Below, piece by piece: positions 38,949 through 50,348 of a DNA stretch of 54,544 nucleotides. The DNA lies in NCBI GenBank assembly GCA_000403945.1, contig APFI01000050.1:1-54544 (forward strand), given 5' to 3'. The notes beneath the pieces are model-generated. The model worked only from the letters and a program-made list of their open reading frames with translations, searched no databases and was not told where the DNA came from. Positions within the stretch are counted from its first letter, which is position 1; each line of letters opens with the position of its first letter. The stretch is from Desulfovibrio sp. Dsv1 (GTDB lineage Bacteria > Desulfobacterota > Desulfovibrionia > Desulfovibrionales > Desulfovibrionaceae). A program made the position numbers and the translations under genes.

Positions 38949-40150
38949 GCTGTTTGCGGGGTCGGATTTACGGGGACAGCCAAGGCCACGGCGATGGTCA
39001 GGCAGCCCTGAATGGCGGTTTTGGGCAAGAGCATCCGGGCGCTGTGTCCGTCCGCCCGCGCGGCCAGCAGGGCCGAAGCTTCGCAGACGCTGAACGGCGG
39101 CTGCTTGAAACGCCGTCCGGCGACTTCGGAAGGGTTGGGCGTGGCATAGCGGGCCAGCTCCCCAGCCGGAAAGGTTCGCAGGGGAATGCGCAGCTGGGTC
39201 GCCGCCGCGCGCAGAGCGGCCTCGCCCGCTTTTTCCGTGACCGTGGCCAAGGCCGCCGCAGCCCGCAATTCCAGATCATGCGCGCCGCACAGTTCCGTCA
39301 GCGCGGCCAAGGCCGCGCCTTTTGGGATGCCCCGGCGGCAGCCCAAGCCAACGTAGAGCCGGGGCACGGCCAGACGCAGCAGGTCGGGGGACGGAGGCAG
39401 ATGCCGCCAATGGGCGGCCAGCAGCGGCAAAGTTTCACGCGCTTCATCCCCATGAGTCCAGTCTTCGGGTAAACGCTCGAAGCGCGGCGGCAGGGCGGCG
39501 GGCAGAGCCCGACAGGGATCCCAGAGCCTCAGGATCCGTCCCTCCAGCAGGGCGGCCTGAGCTTGGGGCAGGCGCTCCCAATCCAGAATGCGCAGGTCCG
39601 CGTCCCGGATTAGCAGGTCCAGGGCCGTCGACGCTGACGCCGTCCGTGTTCCGGCATGCTCGGCAGTCTGGTCCGAGGCAGTGGTAATTACCGGCGTGGC
39701 CTGAAGCAGCTTGGCCAGATGCCGGGCCAGAGCATTGCCTCCGCCCCAGTGACCGGAGAGTAGACTGATAACGAAGCGCCCGGCCGGGTCCAGCACCACG
39801 ACGGGGGGGTCTTGGCTTTTGTGCCGCAGCAGGGGGGCCAGTACGCGTACGGCAATGCCTGCGGCGCCCACGAAAACATGCGCCATGTGGCGGTGGTACT
39901 CCCGGGCAAGAAAGGCGGCCAGGTCGTCAAAGGGCCGGATGCCCGCCTCCGCCAGACGGGCCGGGGAGCAGATCCGGCAGACCGTCACACTGCGTCCGTC
40001 GGGCGCGCGCCAAGGGACGGCGGCCAGTTGCGTGGCCAGCCGTCGGGCCAGGGGCAGACCGTCCCGGCTCAAGGCATGACAAAGCAGTACGGGGCGCGTC
40101 TCTGTGTCGGCATACGAGACGGCCCCCGCTTCCGATAGCCTTCGGCTCAA
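38945..40150 (-). CDS. cbiG: Cobalt-precorrin-5A hydrolase CbiG
   Basis: [45 protein letters not shown]. Confidence 0.92.
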   Translation of the reverse strand: MSRRLSEAGAVSYADTETRPVLLCHALSRDGLPLARRLATQLAAVPWRAPDGRSVTVCRICSPARLAEAGIRPFDDLAAFLAREYHRHMAHVFVGAAGIAVRVLAPLLRHKSQDPPVVVLDPAGRFVISLLSGHWGGGNALARHLAKLLQATPVITTASDQTAEHAGTRTASASTALDLLIRDADLRILDWERLPQAQAALLEGRILRLWDPCRALPAALPPRFERLPEDWTHGDEARETLPLLAAHWRHLPPSPDLLRLAVPRLYVGLGCRRGIPKGAALAALTELCGAHDLELRAAAALATVTEKAGEAALRAAATQLRIPLRTFPAGELARYATPNPSEVAGRRFKQPPFSVCEASALLAARADGHSARMLLPKTAIQGCLTIAVALAVPVNPTPQTA

Positions 40151-41418
40151 AAAAGCACCTTGCGGGCCGCGTCCAGCGCGCGGTTGAAGTCCTCGTCGCT
40201 GTGGGCGAACGAAACCATGCCCGTCTCGAAACCCGAGGGGGCCAAGTAGATACCTTGGGCGCGCATCTGTTTGTAAAAGCTGGTGAAAAGTTTCTGATCG
40301 CAGGCCTGGGCCTGGACAAAATCGGTCACCGGCTCCTCGCTGAAGAAGAGGCAGAACATGGATGCCAAGGTGGGCATCTGCACCGGTACGCCCTTGGCCA
40401 GCAGAATGCCGCGCAGGGTTTCGGCAAAGGCGCGGGTGCGGGCTTCCAAAGCGGCGTAGTTCAGGGTCTTCAGCCTGCGCAGGGTGGCCAGTCCGGCGGA
40501 CATGGCCAGCGGATTTCCGGACAGGGTGCCCCCCTGGTAGACTCCTCCCTGCGGGGCCACGTGCTCCATGAAGCGGCGCTTGCCGCCGAACGCGCCCACG
40601 GGCAGGCCGCCGCCGATAATCTTGCCGAAGGTGGTCAGGTCCGGATCAATGTTGAAGCGGGCCTGAGCGCCGCCGAAGGCCACGCGAAAGCCGGTGATCA
40701 CCTCGTCGAAAATCAGCAGGCTGCCGTACTGGTCGGCTAGGGCGCGCAGTCCTTCCAGAAAGCCGGGCTTGGGGAGGACCAGACCCATGTTGGCGGCCAC
40801 GGGTTCCACTATAACGGCGGCGATGTCCGCGCCGTATTTGGCGAAGCATTCCTTGACCGCGTCCAGGTCATTATAGGGAGCCAGAAGGGTGTCGGCCACC
40901 ACTGCCGGGGGCACGCCGGGCGTGCCGGGGATGGGGAAGGTGGCCACGCCGGAACCGGCGGCGGCTAGGAAGGGATCCGCATGGCCGTGATAGCATCCGA
41001 TGAACTTGAGCAGCTTGCGGCGTTTGGTCACGCCGCGCGCCAAGCGCAGGGCACTCATGGTTGCCTCGGTGCCGGAATTGACCATGCGTACCATTTCCAA
41101 GCCGGGCATGGCCGCCACCACTTCGGCGGCTAGGGCCACCTCGTCCGGGCAGGGCGCGCCGTAGCTGGTGCCGCGCCCGGCCGTCTCGCGTAGGGCCGCA
41201 GTCACCGAGGGCTCGTCATGGCCTAGGATCATGGGGCCCCAAGACAGCACGAAGTCGATGTATTCCCGGCCATCCACGTCTGTGAGACGGCAGCCGTGGG
41301 CTTCGGCGATGAACAGGGGCAGGCTGTTCACATTATGGCAGGCCCGCACCGGGCTGTTGACCCCGCCGGGGATCAGCGCGCAGGCTTTTTCAAACAATTG
41401 ACGGGAAAGGTCGTCCAT
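40147..41418 (-). CDS. hemL: Glutamate-1-semialdehyde 2,1-aminomutase
   Basis: [35 protein letters not shown]. Confidence 0.98.
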   Translation of the reverse strand: MDDLSRQLFEKACALIPGGVNSPVRACHNVNSLPLFIAEAHGCRLTDVDGREYIDFVLSWGPMILGHDEPSVTAALRETAGRGTSYGAPCPDEVALAAEVVAAMPGLEMVRMVNSGTEATMSALRLARGVTKRRKLLKFIGCYHGHADPFLAAAGSGVATFPIPGTPGVPPAVVADTLLAPYNDLDAVKECFAKYGADIAAVIVEPVAANMGLVLPKPGFLEGLRALADQYGSLLIFDEVITGFRVAFGGAQARFNIDPDLTTFGKIIGGGLPVGAFGGKRRFMEHVAPQGGVYQGGTLSGNPLAMSAGLATLRRLKTLNYAALEARTRAFAETLRGILLAKGVPVQMPTLASMFCLFFSEEPVTDFVQAQACDQKLFTSFYKQMRAQGIYLAPSGFETGMVSFAHSDEDFNRALDAARKVLF

Positions 41419-41451
41419 ACAGGAGTCTCCTTGCTGCTCTGGCGACGGGCG

Positions 41452-41931
41452 TCAGACGAAATAGGCCATGGAAATTTTTTTCAGTTCCTTGAGACTGCGC
41501 AGGATGGCGTACTCCCTGAGCGGCCAAGAGCGCAGCAGATCGTTCACCACGCCGAGACATTCCGCTTCGCTGCGGCCGTGCACCATGGTGTAAAGGGTGT
41601 ATGGCCAGTCCTGCGCGGAGCTGGGGCGGTAGTAGACGTGGGAAATATGGCCGTGTTCGGCGGCGATGCGCCCGCAGGCGTCCACCGCCGCTTCGTCCGC
41701 CTTCCAAGCCACCATGGCGTTGTGCGTCCAGCCGGTTTTCTGATGCTTGATGCTGGCGCCGAAGCGGCGGATGACGCCGGAGGCTTTCAGGCGGGTCAGC
41801 AGCTCCAGCACTTCGGCTTCACTGATGCCCGCCTCGCGGGCCATGTCGGCATAGGGGGTGAGCGTGTCCGGCAGATCGGCCTGGACGATGCGCAGGACGG
41901 CGCGTTCGGCTTCGCTGAACTGGTGACTCAT
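41452..41931 (-). CDS. ahbB: Siroheme decarboxylase subunit (Lrp/AsnC-like)
   Basis: [35 protein letters not shown]. Confidence 0.85.
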   Translation of the reverse strand: MSHQFSEAERAVLRIVQADLPDTLTPYADMAREAGISEAEVLELLTRLKASGVIRRFGASIKHQKTGWTHNAMVAWKADEAAVDACGRIAAEHGHISHVYYRPSSAQDWPYTLYTMVHGRSEAECLGVVNDLLRSWPLREYAILRSLKELKKISMAYFV

Positions 41932-42031
41932 GGGCGGTCTCCGGCTGAGGGAAAAATAACGCGACCGCGACCGCCGGACAAGACGGCGGACACGGCCGGA
42001 AAAACGCTGTGCCTGGCCGGTGGATGCGCCG

Positions 42032-42586
42032 CTACCGTTTGAAGGAGCGGGCGAAAAGATCCTGAATGGCGATGCGGCCGTTATCCTCCAGAAAGCGCGT
42101 GCCTGTGGCGGCGAAGTGTGCGTGCTCAATGATCGGCTTTTCCACTTCGTTCCAGCTGTCCTTCTGCCAAGTGAACCAAGTGCTCCGCAGCTGGTCGAAA
42201 ACCAGCAGGGGTTTATTGCAGATCTTGGCGAATTCCGCTCCCCAGCCCGTGCCGCCCTTGACCGTGTCGTCAGGCTGGATAGCGCCCACCACGATGATCT
42301 GCTCGCCGCTGCTGACCTGCCAGCAGATGGATTGCAGCACTTTGCGGAAAATGGGCGCGCGGGTATACTCGCGGTTCATCAGTTTGGAAACGTAGGTCAG
42401 GCTGACGTCCTTGAGGGCCAGTTCTTCAGAGGTGAGCACGCGCACGCCGCGGTTTCGCTCGATCTGATGGCCTTCAAAGCTGTAGTTCACTTCCTCGATG
42501 CCCCAGCTTTCCGCCAGAGCGCCGAAAAACTGTTCCGTTCCGGCAGCGCCGCCGCTGTAGAGGACACATTGATTGGGGTTGAGCAT
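42032..42586 (-). CDS. Conserved hypothetical protein, SLOG/Rossmann-like
   Basis: [26 protein letters not shown]. Confidence 0.75.
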   Translation of the reverse strand: MLNPNQCVLYSGGAAGTEQFFGALAESWGIEEVNYSFEGHQIERNRGVRVLTSEELALKDVSLTYVSKLMNREYTRAPIFRKVLQSICWQVSSGEQIIVVGAIQPDDTVKGGTGWGAEFAKICNKPLLVFDQLRSTWFTWQKDSWNEVEKPIIEHAHFAATGTRFLEDNGRIAIQDLFARSFKR

Positions 42587-42744
42587 GCTTGCCTCCTCAA
42601 AAAAATATGTGACGCCGGACACTCAGGCAATTTTCCGCAGGGAAGAGTTTTCCCCGGCGAGGCGGCAGCGTCAATGTGGGCATCATGGCAGAAATTGCTC
42701 CGCACGGCAAGGCGGCCCGCCCAAGAAAAGCCGCGCCCGGCGCT

Positions 42745-43895
42745 TCAGCGCGGGGTGGCCTGCCAAGCTTCACGGTACAGCCGGGCGATGTCCTCGGGAT
42801 TTGGCTTCGCGCGGGTTGTTGGCCGGGTTGCCGCTGGCCAGAGCCTCGCGCACCATGATCCCGCACTGGGCGTCCAGATGTTCCTTGCCGACGCGCCCAC
42901 GCAGGCGGAATCTTCAGCCGTGCCGCAAGGTCGTCCAGCAGGAGCGCGGCCAGCGGCCATGCCCCCGCAAGCTTCGCCGCATCCACACACATGTCCCGCG
43001 TCAAGTTGGGCATAGCCTTGCGAATCGCTGGAGAGGGAACAGGCCGTGACCGTTTTCAGCAGCATGGAGTTGCTCAGGCCGTGTGGCACATTGAATTTTG
43101 CGCCCAGAGGTCGGGCCATACTGTGGGCCAGGGCCACGGAGCTGTTAAAAGGCCAGTCCCCCCTCCAGCGCGCCCAGCAGGCATTGGCACTTGGCTTCGG
43201 CGTCGTTGGGCCGCTCCCAGGCCAAGGGGGGCGGAAAGCGGACTATCCGCGCGGCGGCCCGCAGGGACAGTGGAATGGTTATTTCCGTGCCCTTGCGGGG
43301 ACGCGGGATTCAATGGGTGGGTCAGGACGACGGTCCATGCCGGTGACCGCCGTGAACGGCGGCGGCATGCTGAGGGCCAGCAGCGGGTCGAGGACTGCGG
43401 CTTCCGGCACAACGTCGGGGATCCGATGAGCAGTTTTTCTTGACGGCCGTGTCAATGATGACCGTGTTGCCGGAAACCTCGCTGCCCGGGCCAGTGGTGG
43501 TGAACAAGGCAAAGATCAGCGGTCCAGGCTTGGGGAGGCGCGTAGTCCCTCGGGCCGTCGTTGTTGGCGTACAACAGGGCTCACGGCCTTGGCCAGATAC
43601 ATGGCGCGTCCCGAGGACACCAAGGCTGCGCAGTCCTCGCGGCGGAACAGGATCAGGGTTTCGTCCACATGCCGGATGGTGGGTTCCCCGCCGGTTCCGG
43701 CCTCAAGCGCAAAGGGCGCGCCCGCCTTTCGCAGGAATTGCAACACCGGTCCGCCACGCCGGTGCGCAGCAGAACCGGGCCTGTGACCAGCAGAATTTTG
43801 CCTGAAGTCCGGCCTTTGACCAATGCGCCGATGCGTACGGCATTGCCCTCGTCGAAGGCGATCATGCCGCGCGTCCGGAAATTCAAAGCGTGCAT
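42745..43895 (-). pseudogene. Iron-containing alcohol dehydrogenase pseudogene
   Basis: Fragments in several frames: ILLVTGP, TTTGPGSEVS, AVLDPLLALSMP..TAVTGMD, LAHSMARPLGAKFNVPHGLSN. Confidence 0.85.
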
Positions 43896-43909
43896 TGTCT
43901 TCTCCGTCG

Positions 43910-44480
43910 GAATTATCTGCCGTAGCGGGCTGTGTCCTTGCCCGGGCACCTTGTCCTCAAGCTCCCCGGGCCTGAAGTGCAAAACCCACTTGGGCCGACA
44001 TGGCCGTGTCGTCCATGCCGAGACGCAGTGTGAAAATATAGCGGTGGGGCTTGTCGTCGGGAGGCGGGCAGGTCCCGCCGTAGCCGGGCGCGCCGAAATC
44101 GGTGAGTGATTCCACGGAGCCCTCGGGCAGCCTGTCTGCGGCTGCGGCCTGAAGCGGCAGGGAACGTGACGCGGCCGGGATGTCGAAGACGACCCAGTGC
44201 CACCATCCGTTGCCTGAAGGCGCGTCCGGATCATAAACAGTGAGCGCGAAGCTTTTGGCACCCTTGGGCGGATTGCTCCAGTTTCAGGGCCGGAGAGACG
44301 TTTTTGCCCGTGCAGGCGAAACCGCTGAAGACCTGCTCCTGCCCGAAGAAAGCTCCGGCGGAGATTTGCGGACTGGTCGGGCGGAAGTCGCCGGCGGCGG
44401 GCCTGATCGGCGGCCAGCGCGCGCAGGACTAGAAGGAGAAAGGCGGCAAAAAACAGTCTGCCCACAGCAAACTCCAAGGC
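43910..44480 (-). pseudogene. YbhB/YbcL (PEBP-like) pseudogene
   Basis: Across frames: NVSPAL, WSNPPKGAKSFALTVYDPDAPSGNGWWHWVVFDIP, PP.DDKPHRYIFT. Confidence 0.85.
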
Positions 44481-44499
44481 TGAAGTCGTGGGCGGAAAA

Positions 44500-44536
44500 C
44501 AGAAACGCCCCGGCGGACGGACCTGCCGGGGCGTTT
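44500..44536 (-). terminator. Intrinsic terminator after the RRM gene
   Basis: AAACGCCCCGGC/GCCGGGGCGTTT 12-bp stem. Confidence 0.75.
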
Positions 44537-44557
44537 GGGAGACCCGTCGGAATGTCC

Positions 44558-44824
44558 CTAGTAACGGGGCTGACGCGGCGCTCTGGGTTTAGCTTCGTTG
44601 ACGCGCAAGGTGCGGCCGCCAAAGCTGAAGTTATCCAGAGCTTCAATGGCGGCATCGGCTTCGCCGTCCTCCATTTCCACAAAACCGAACCCGCGGGCAC
44701 GGCCGGTTTCCCTGTCGCTGATGAGTTTCACGGACAGGACGCTGCCGTATTCGGCAAAAAGATCCTGAACCTGTTCTTCGTTAGCCGACCAAGGAAGGTT
44801 TCCGACATAAATGGACTTGGACAT
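44558..44824 (-). CDS. RRM RNA-binding protein
   Basis: RNP2 IYVGNL, RNP1 RGFGFVEM, LRVNEA. Confidence 0.95.
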   Translation of the reverse strand: MSKSIYVGNLPWSANEEQVQDLFAEYGSVLSVKLISDRETGRARGFGFVEMEDGEADAAIEALDNFSFGGRTLRVNEAKPRAPRQPRY

Positions 44825-45339
44825 GAAACACCCTCTCAAAAAAAAACAATCTTCCCGCGCATCCTTCCGGCAAAACGTATCGTCGGTACGCGGCCCTTGC
44901 GAGGACAAAAGCATGCTTTGCGCTGCTTGTCAACGAAACTGCATAAAAAGGTTGTGATGAGATGGCCTTGCGTAAGCACTCAACCCGTTGCTGGCCTGCC
45001 ATGCCCTGTGGCACGGGTCTTCGCACGGAATTTTAAGGAACATTGAAGAAAAATTGAGTAAAAGTCTAGAAAAGAAAGCCGAGCATCGCACTGTGGCATG
45101 TTACAGAGCTGTAATATGACCGATAGGGTGTATCACAGTGTCAATATAGTGATTGGTTGCTCAACTTGCACATTTCGACACAAATCCAGCGTTTTTTGGG
45201 GTCAAACGCGTCTGCTGGGCTTCAGCCGGAAAAGCGGTACCGCACGGACGCACTTCATCAATTACGCTGAAGTCTGACCGATGCTTCGCCGTCAAAGCGG
45301 CAATGGCAGGTCTGACGATGTCGGAACAGGCTGTGTGGA

Positions 45340-46824
45340 TCAGCTCTGACTCTCCGAGGGCGGCGGCGACCAGTCCGGTGCGATGTCCTCGAAGGAGGTA
45401 TAGCGCGAGATATACATGAGTTCGGCCATGCCCACCGGGCCGTTGCGCTGTTTGCCGATGATGATTTCGGCCACGCCCTGGGGGGGACGTTCGGAGGGCT
45501 TCTGGAACTTGTAGATGTCGTCGCGGTAAACGAACATGATCACGTCCGCGTCCTGCTCAATGGCCCCGGATTCGCGCAGGTCCGAGAGCATGGGGCGCTT
45601 GTCGCCGCGTTCCTCCACCTTGCGGTTGAGCTGGGAAAGAGCCACCACCGGCACGTACATTTCCTTGGCTAGGCCTTTGAGGGAGCGGGAGATGTCCGAA
45701 ATTTCCAGTTCGCGCGAATCCGTGCGGCGGCTGGTGCGCATAAGCTGAAGATAATCCACCACCACCAGGCCCAAGCCTTTTTCAGCCTTGAGGCGGCGGG
45801 CGCGGGCACGCAGTTCCAGCGTGGTCAGGGCCGGGGTGTCGTCAATGAAGATGGGCGCGCGGGCCACCACGTCGGCGGCGGTGTACAGGCGCTGCCAGTC
45901 GTCGTCGCTGAGCAGGGAGGGCCGCCGCAGTTTGGAGAGATCCACCTTGCCCCAGACGGCCAGCATGCGCTGCATGAGCTGTTCCTTGCCCATTTCCAGG
46001 GAGAAGACCGCCACCGGCACGTTTTGGCGTACGGCCGCGTTGAGCGCCATGCAGAGCGAAAAAGCCGTCTTGCCCATACTGGGACGCGCGGCTACGATGA
46101 TCAGATCCGAGGGTTGAAGCCCGGCGGTGAGTTTGTCCAGACGGGTGTAGCCCGTGGTCACGCCGGTGATCACGTCCTTGGAGTCAGCCAGCTTGGAGAG
46201 ATTTTCAAAAACCTTGTCCAGCAGATCCTTGGTGGGCGTAAAGTCACGTTTTGAGGTGCGCTGGGATATGGAAAAGACGGCCTGCTCAGATTCGTCCAGC
46301 AGGGACGCCACTTCGCGCGAAGCGTCGTAGCAGTTGCCGATGATGCCGGAACAGACCTCGATGAGTCCGCGTTGCAGGGCCTTGTCGCGCACGATGGTGG
46401 CGTAATATTCGGCATTGGCCCCGGAGACCACGGCTTGGGCCAGATCGGCCAGATAGACCGCGCCGCCTGCGTCCTCCATCTCATTGCGGCTCTTGAGATG
46501 CTCGGCTGTGGAAATGAGGTCGATGGGCGCGGATTTGCGGTAGAGTTCCAGAAAGGCGCGGAAGATGATGGTGTGGGCTGGCAGGTAAAAGTCGTTCTCG
46601 GTCAGCATGTCCACAATGCTGTGCATGAGCTGGGGCCGCATCAGCACACCACCCAGCACGGCCTGTTCAGCCTCGGCGCTGTGCGGTGGCATGCGGCGCA
46701 ACAGATCAGCTTCCGCCGTTCGGGCGGCTGCGCCGGATTGAGGGCTCCTGCCCCCCGTTCTGGAAGACGATCCGCCCACGGCCTCGCGGCCGGGGGCGGT
46801 CATGCTGTCATGGGGAGAAGCCAC
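45340..46824 (-). CDS. dnaB: Replicative DNA helicase
   Basis: PPHSAEAEQAVLG, AARPSMGKT, DYLQL, LSQLNR, RESGAIEQDAD, KQRNGP; start uncertain. Confidence 0.97.
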   Translation of the reverse strand: MASPHDSMTAPGREAVGGSSSRTGGRSPQSGAAARTAEADLLRRMPPHSAEAEQAVLGGVLMRPQLMHSIVDMLTENDFYLPAHTIIFRAFLELYRKSAPIDLISTAEHLKSRNEMEDAGGAVYLADLAQAVVSGANAEYYATIVRDKALQRGLIEVCSGIIGNCYDASREVASLLDESEQAVFSISQRTSKRDFTPTKDLLDKVFENLSKLADSKDVITGVTTGYTRLDKLTAGLQPSDLIIVAARPSMGKTAFSLCMALNAAVRQNVPVAVFSLEMGKEQLMQRMLAVWGKVDLSKLRRPSLLSDDDWQRLYTAADVVARAPIFIDDTPALTTLELRARARRLKAEKGLGLVVVDYLQLMRTSRRTDSRELEISDISRSLKGLAKEMYVPVVALSQLNRKVEERGDKRPMLSDLRESGAIEQDADVIMFVYRDDIYKFQKPSERPPQGVAEIIIGKQRNGPVGMAELMYISRYTSFEDIAPDWSPPPSESQS

Positions 46825-46831
46825 GCTGCGC

Positions 46832-47356
46832 CTACTGGGCGGCTTCGGCCTGGATTTCTTCAACCTGGGCTTCGGCGGCCGCTTCCATGATGACTTCCTC
46901 TTCCTCGGGCTGGTGATCGGAGATCACCTTCACCGGCACCACCGCGATGATGCTGGCGTGCAGACGGATACGCACCGGGTGTTCGCCCAGGGTGCGGATG
47001 GGCGCGTCCATCAGAATGCGGCGGCGGTCCACGTCCACTCCCAGAGCCGCGAGAGCGTCGCAGATGATGGTGGAGGTCACCGATCCGTAGAGCTTGTCGT
47101 TTTCGCCCACATGCATGGGAATGACGATTTCCAAGGCTTCCAGGCGGGCCTGCACGCTCTGGGCGTCGGCGCGCAGGGCGTCCATACGGGCCTGAAGGTT
47201 TTTACGTTCCTGTTCAAACACTTTTAGATTGGCTTCACTGGCTACCATGGCCAAGCCCTGCGGCAACAGAAAATTGCGGCCGTAACCGGGCTTGACGTTG
47301 ACCACATCGCCAAGGGTGCCGAGATTTTCCACATCGGCGCGAAGTATCAGTTTCAT
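46832..47356 (-). CDS. rplI: 50S ribosomal protein L9
   Basis: MKLIL..DV.NLG..GDVVNVKPGYGRNFL, KLYGSVT. Confidence 0.97.
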   Translation of the reverse strand: MKLILRADVENLGTLGDVVNVKPGYGRNFLLPQGLAMVASEANLKVFEQERKNLQARMDALRADAQSVQARLEALEIVIPMHVGENDKLYGSVTSTIICDALAALGVDVDRRRILMDAPIRTLGEHPVRIRLHASIIAVVPVKVISDHQPEEEEVIMEAAAEAQVEEIQAEAAQ

Positions 47357-47366
47357 ACGCGCCTCC

Positions 47367-47630
47367 TTAGATCATGCTCTTTTTCTTGACGACGGAATCG
47401 TGCGTGGCGGTGTAAATGAGCAGAGCCATCTGGCGGGCGCACTTGATTTCGCGGGTCAGCAGGCGCTGGTGATGGGCGCAGGTGCCCGTAATGCGCCGAG
47501 CGATGATCTTGCCGCGCTCGGTGATAAAGTCGCGCAGGATGTCGGGGCGCTTGTAGCTCAGGGGCAGTTCCTTGTCGGCGCAAAAGCGGCAGAACTTGCG
47601 GCGCGGGGCAAATTTTTTCTTGAAGGCCAT
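47367..47630 (-). CDS. rpsR: 30S ribosomal protein S18
   Basis: [24 protein letters not shown]. Confidence 0.97.
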   Translation of the reverse strand: MAFKKKFAPRRKFCRFCADKELPLSYKRPDILRDFITERGKIIARRITGTCAHHQRLLTREIKCARQMALLIYTATHDSVVKKKSMI

Positions 47631-47939
47631 TTAGGCAACCTCCCCGGCCGCTTCGCTGGCCAGCTTGACGGTCACGAACTTGAAGATGCCGTCGGTGATC
47701 CGGATATTGCGTTCCAGTTCGGCCACCAGGGCGGCCGGGGCGTGGTACACCAGACGCACGTAGTAGCCGCGCATCAGCTTGTGCACGGGGTAGGCCAGAT
47801 CACGCATGCCCCAGTGATCCACTTCTGTCATGACGCCCCCTTCACGCTCGATAATCGCCACAAGAGCATTGAGAATGCCCTCGCGGTTTTCGGCGGAAAG
47901 CTCCGGCGACAGGAGCAACAGGGTTTCGAATTTCCGCAT
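47631..47939 (-). CDS. rpsF: 30S ribosomal protein S6
   Basis: MRKFET, WGMRDLAYP, GYY; AGGAG RBS. Confidence 0.96.
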   Translation of the reverse strand: MRKFETLLLLSPELSAENREGILNALVAIIEREGGVMTEVDHWGMRDLAYPVHKLMRGYYVRLVYHAPAALVAELERNIRITDGIFKFVTVKLASEAAGEVA

Positions 47940-47996
47940 GGTTGTTCTCCTTCTGGATTGGCAGCCCGCGCGTTCCGGCGCGAGCAAGGAAAGAAA

Positions 47997-48025
47997 ACTA
48001 TACAGAGGGGGGGGCTGGCTGTCAA
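47997..48025 (-). promoter_or_regulatory. Sigma70 promoter of the rpsF operon
   Basis: TTGACA-17-TATAGT. Confidence 0.8.
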
Positions 48026-48071
48026 GCCCGAAGAACGCCGCTCTCAATGGCGGCGCGGCAAAAAACCGGAC

Positions 48072-48960
48072 TCAGATTGACTGTTCGCCGTGTTTTTCCA
48101 CCAAGATACCGTAGTCGTTGTTGACCCAGTCCAGAATGGCTGCCACGCCGTCCTTGCCCACGGGCTTCCAGCCCGGAGGCGCGATTTCGTCGCTGGCTTC
48201 CCAGGATGAACTGGAGGCGCAGGGCCAGACGGAGCAAGAATGATGCTGCGGGAGCTTTCCACGCATTGGCAAGATGGTCAGTGCGCTGAAGTGCTTGTTG
48301 TTGCTTTTGTACAGGGAAACCAGCAGGATGCTCTTTTTTATATGCTGTTGAATTTTTTGAAAAATCCAATTTTGTCCAGCCGCACTCTCTGGCGCCGACG
48401 GCGGAAATGTTGATCAGGCGCGGCTGGAGCGGGCAGCCTTCGCGGTAGGTATAGTCCGAGGATCCGAACTGGAACTGGTTCTCGGGCAGATGGCTGAAGG
48501 GCATCCAGAGCCCGGCCGCCTTGATCATGCCGGAACCGGGGTAGACGCGCTCATGGTTGCGCTGTTCCCGCCTTTGGTTTTCCTGTCGATGGCATTGCTG
48601 ATGATCCGGCTTTTGCGCAACAAACCATAGCGGGCTGTGAACGGCGGCAGTTTGAGATCACTGACGATAACATCTATAGGGCAGCTTGAATATAGATGCT
48701 GCATTTTTCGTTGTTGAGAATGTTGGGCAGGAAATTTTTTCGGGATATGAGAGAAATGCGTTTTTTTGACCACCTTGATGTAGCAGATCCCATTTTCCAG
48801 TTGTCGCTGCCGGTCCACGAAAAAAACTGACCCGGCGTCGCGCTTGAACGCGGCTTGATGACGGTGTGCGGACGCGACTGACGATGGAGTACGGCGGCCG
48901 TAAAGATATTTTTGATTGAATCCCATATGGGCATTGCGGTCTTCCTCTTGCATGCGGCGA
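48072..48960 (-). pseudogene. Fragmented gene of unknown function (possible PilZ-like segment)
   Basis: Overlapping minus-strand ORF pieces in different frames; PRLINISAVGAR resembles (D/N)ISxGG. Confidence 0.4.
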
Positions 48961-49079
48961 ACATGATCAGGTCCGGGAATGCCGCCATGATCGCACGGCT
49001 CGCTGTGAGTGACAATATGAATTGGCCGCGTCCTTGTCAAATGCCGCGTGTCTTTTTACAGCCCGTCGACAATGGCGGC

Positions 49080-50210
49080 TCAGCGATAGACGCGTGGATT
49101 GGTGCTGCCCATCAGGCAGAGGATTTCGTAGGGAATAGTCCCCAGTTCTTCAGCCATTTCCTGCGCGGTGACCGGGCGCTGGCCCGGCGCGGCGGGGCCG
49201 CCCAGAATCCAGGCCGTGTCCCCGGCCCGCACGTCCGTCAGGGCGGAGACGTCCGCCATGACCATGCCCATGCAGACCCGACCCACCTGCGGAACGCGGT
49301 GGCCGTTGATCAACAGGTCAATGCGGTTGGAGAGGTTGCGGGCAAGGCCTGTGGCGTAACCGGAGGCCACCACGGCCACAGTGGCGTCACAGGGCGCAGT
49401 GAAGCTGCGTCCGTAGGAGACGCTCTGCCCGGCCTTGATCCGTCGGACCTGCAGGATCGGGGCGCTGACGCTCATGACCCATTCTAGGTCCGCGCCCAGA
49501 GCTTCCCTGCTGGTGCCGGAAAAAGAATTGCCGCCGTACAGGGCCAGACCGGGACGGCATGCCTCGTAGCGGGTTTCGGGCAGGCCCAGGGCCGCCGGGG
49601 AATTGCCCAGAGAGCGCGCGATGCCGGGAAATGTTTCGCGCAGCACGGCGCACATGGCGGCGAAGTGTTCAATTTGGGCTTGGGTATAGGCGTCCTCTGC
49701 CGGCATATCGGCGCAGGACAGGTGCGAAAGCGCCAACACGGGCGTAATCCGGGGAAAGCGGCGCAGATTTTCTAGAAGCGCGGGCAGATCCTCGACGGAA
49801 AAACCCAGACGGTTCATGCCGGTTTCACACTTGACGGCCACGCGCAGGGTGCGGTCCGCCGGACAGCAGACCGCCGCTTTTTCAATATCCTCAAAGTCCG
49901 CCAGCAGGGGGGTCAGGTCCAGGGCCACGGCGGCCTGCCAATCCTCCGGGCTGACGGCCCCCAACAGCGGCACGATGCGCTGGCCCAGCCCGGCCTCGCG
50001 CAGGGCCGCGCCTTCGCTCACCGTGCCTACGGCGAAGCGCCGGGCCCCGGCCTGATCCAGAGTGCGGGCCACGGGCAGCAGACCATGGCCGTAGGCATCG
50101 GATTTGATGACCGGCATGATGGAGGCGGGGTCGCCCAGGCGGGAGAAATTGCGTCGCAGGGCGGCGAGATCAATATGGCAACGTGACGGCGTGACAGTAT
50201 AAGTGCTCAT
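49080..50210 (-). CDS. alr: Alanine racemase
   Basis: VIKSDAYGHG, ETGMNRLG, RPGLALYG, GRVCM, GTIPYE. Confidence 0.96.
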   Translation of the reverse strand: MSTYTVTPSRCHIDLAALRRNFSRLGDPASIMPVIKSDAYGHGLLPVARTLDQAGARRFAVGTVSEGAALREAGLGQRIVPLLGAVSPEDWQAAVALDLTPLLADFEDIEKAAVCCPADRTLRVAVKCETGMNRLGFSVEDLPALLENLRRFPRITPVLALSHLSCADMPAEDAYTQAQIEHFAAMCAVLRETFPGIARSLGNSPAALGLPETRYEACRPGLALYGGNSFSGTSREALGADLEWVMSVSAPILQVRRIKAGQSVSYGRSFTAPCDATVAVVASGYATGLARNLSNRIDLLINGHRVPQVGRVCMGMVMADVSALTDVRAGDTAWILGGPAAPGQRPVTAQEMAEELGTIPYEILCLMGSTNPRVYR

Positions 50211-50348
50211 AACTGCTCCGTAAAACAGCGACGCCGGTCGTGGGCCGTGAAAGCGGGTTTCCGGCAATAGGCTTTGTTCTGGTCATGCTGAAACCGGTTC
50301 GTCTGGCACCGGCAAGCCATACAGGGAGAGTGCTCATCAATAATCTCT

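Noticed and set aside
45050..45340. Short inverted repeats and an 88-aa ORF downstream of dnaB
   Set aside because: No recognisable ncRNA, motif or protein family
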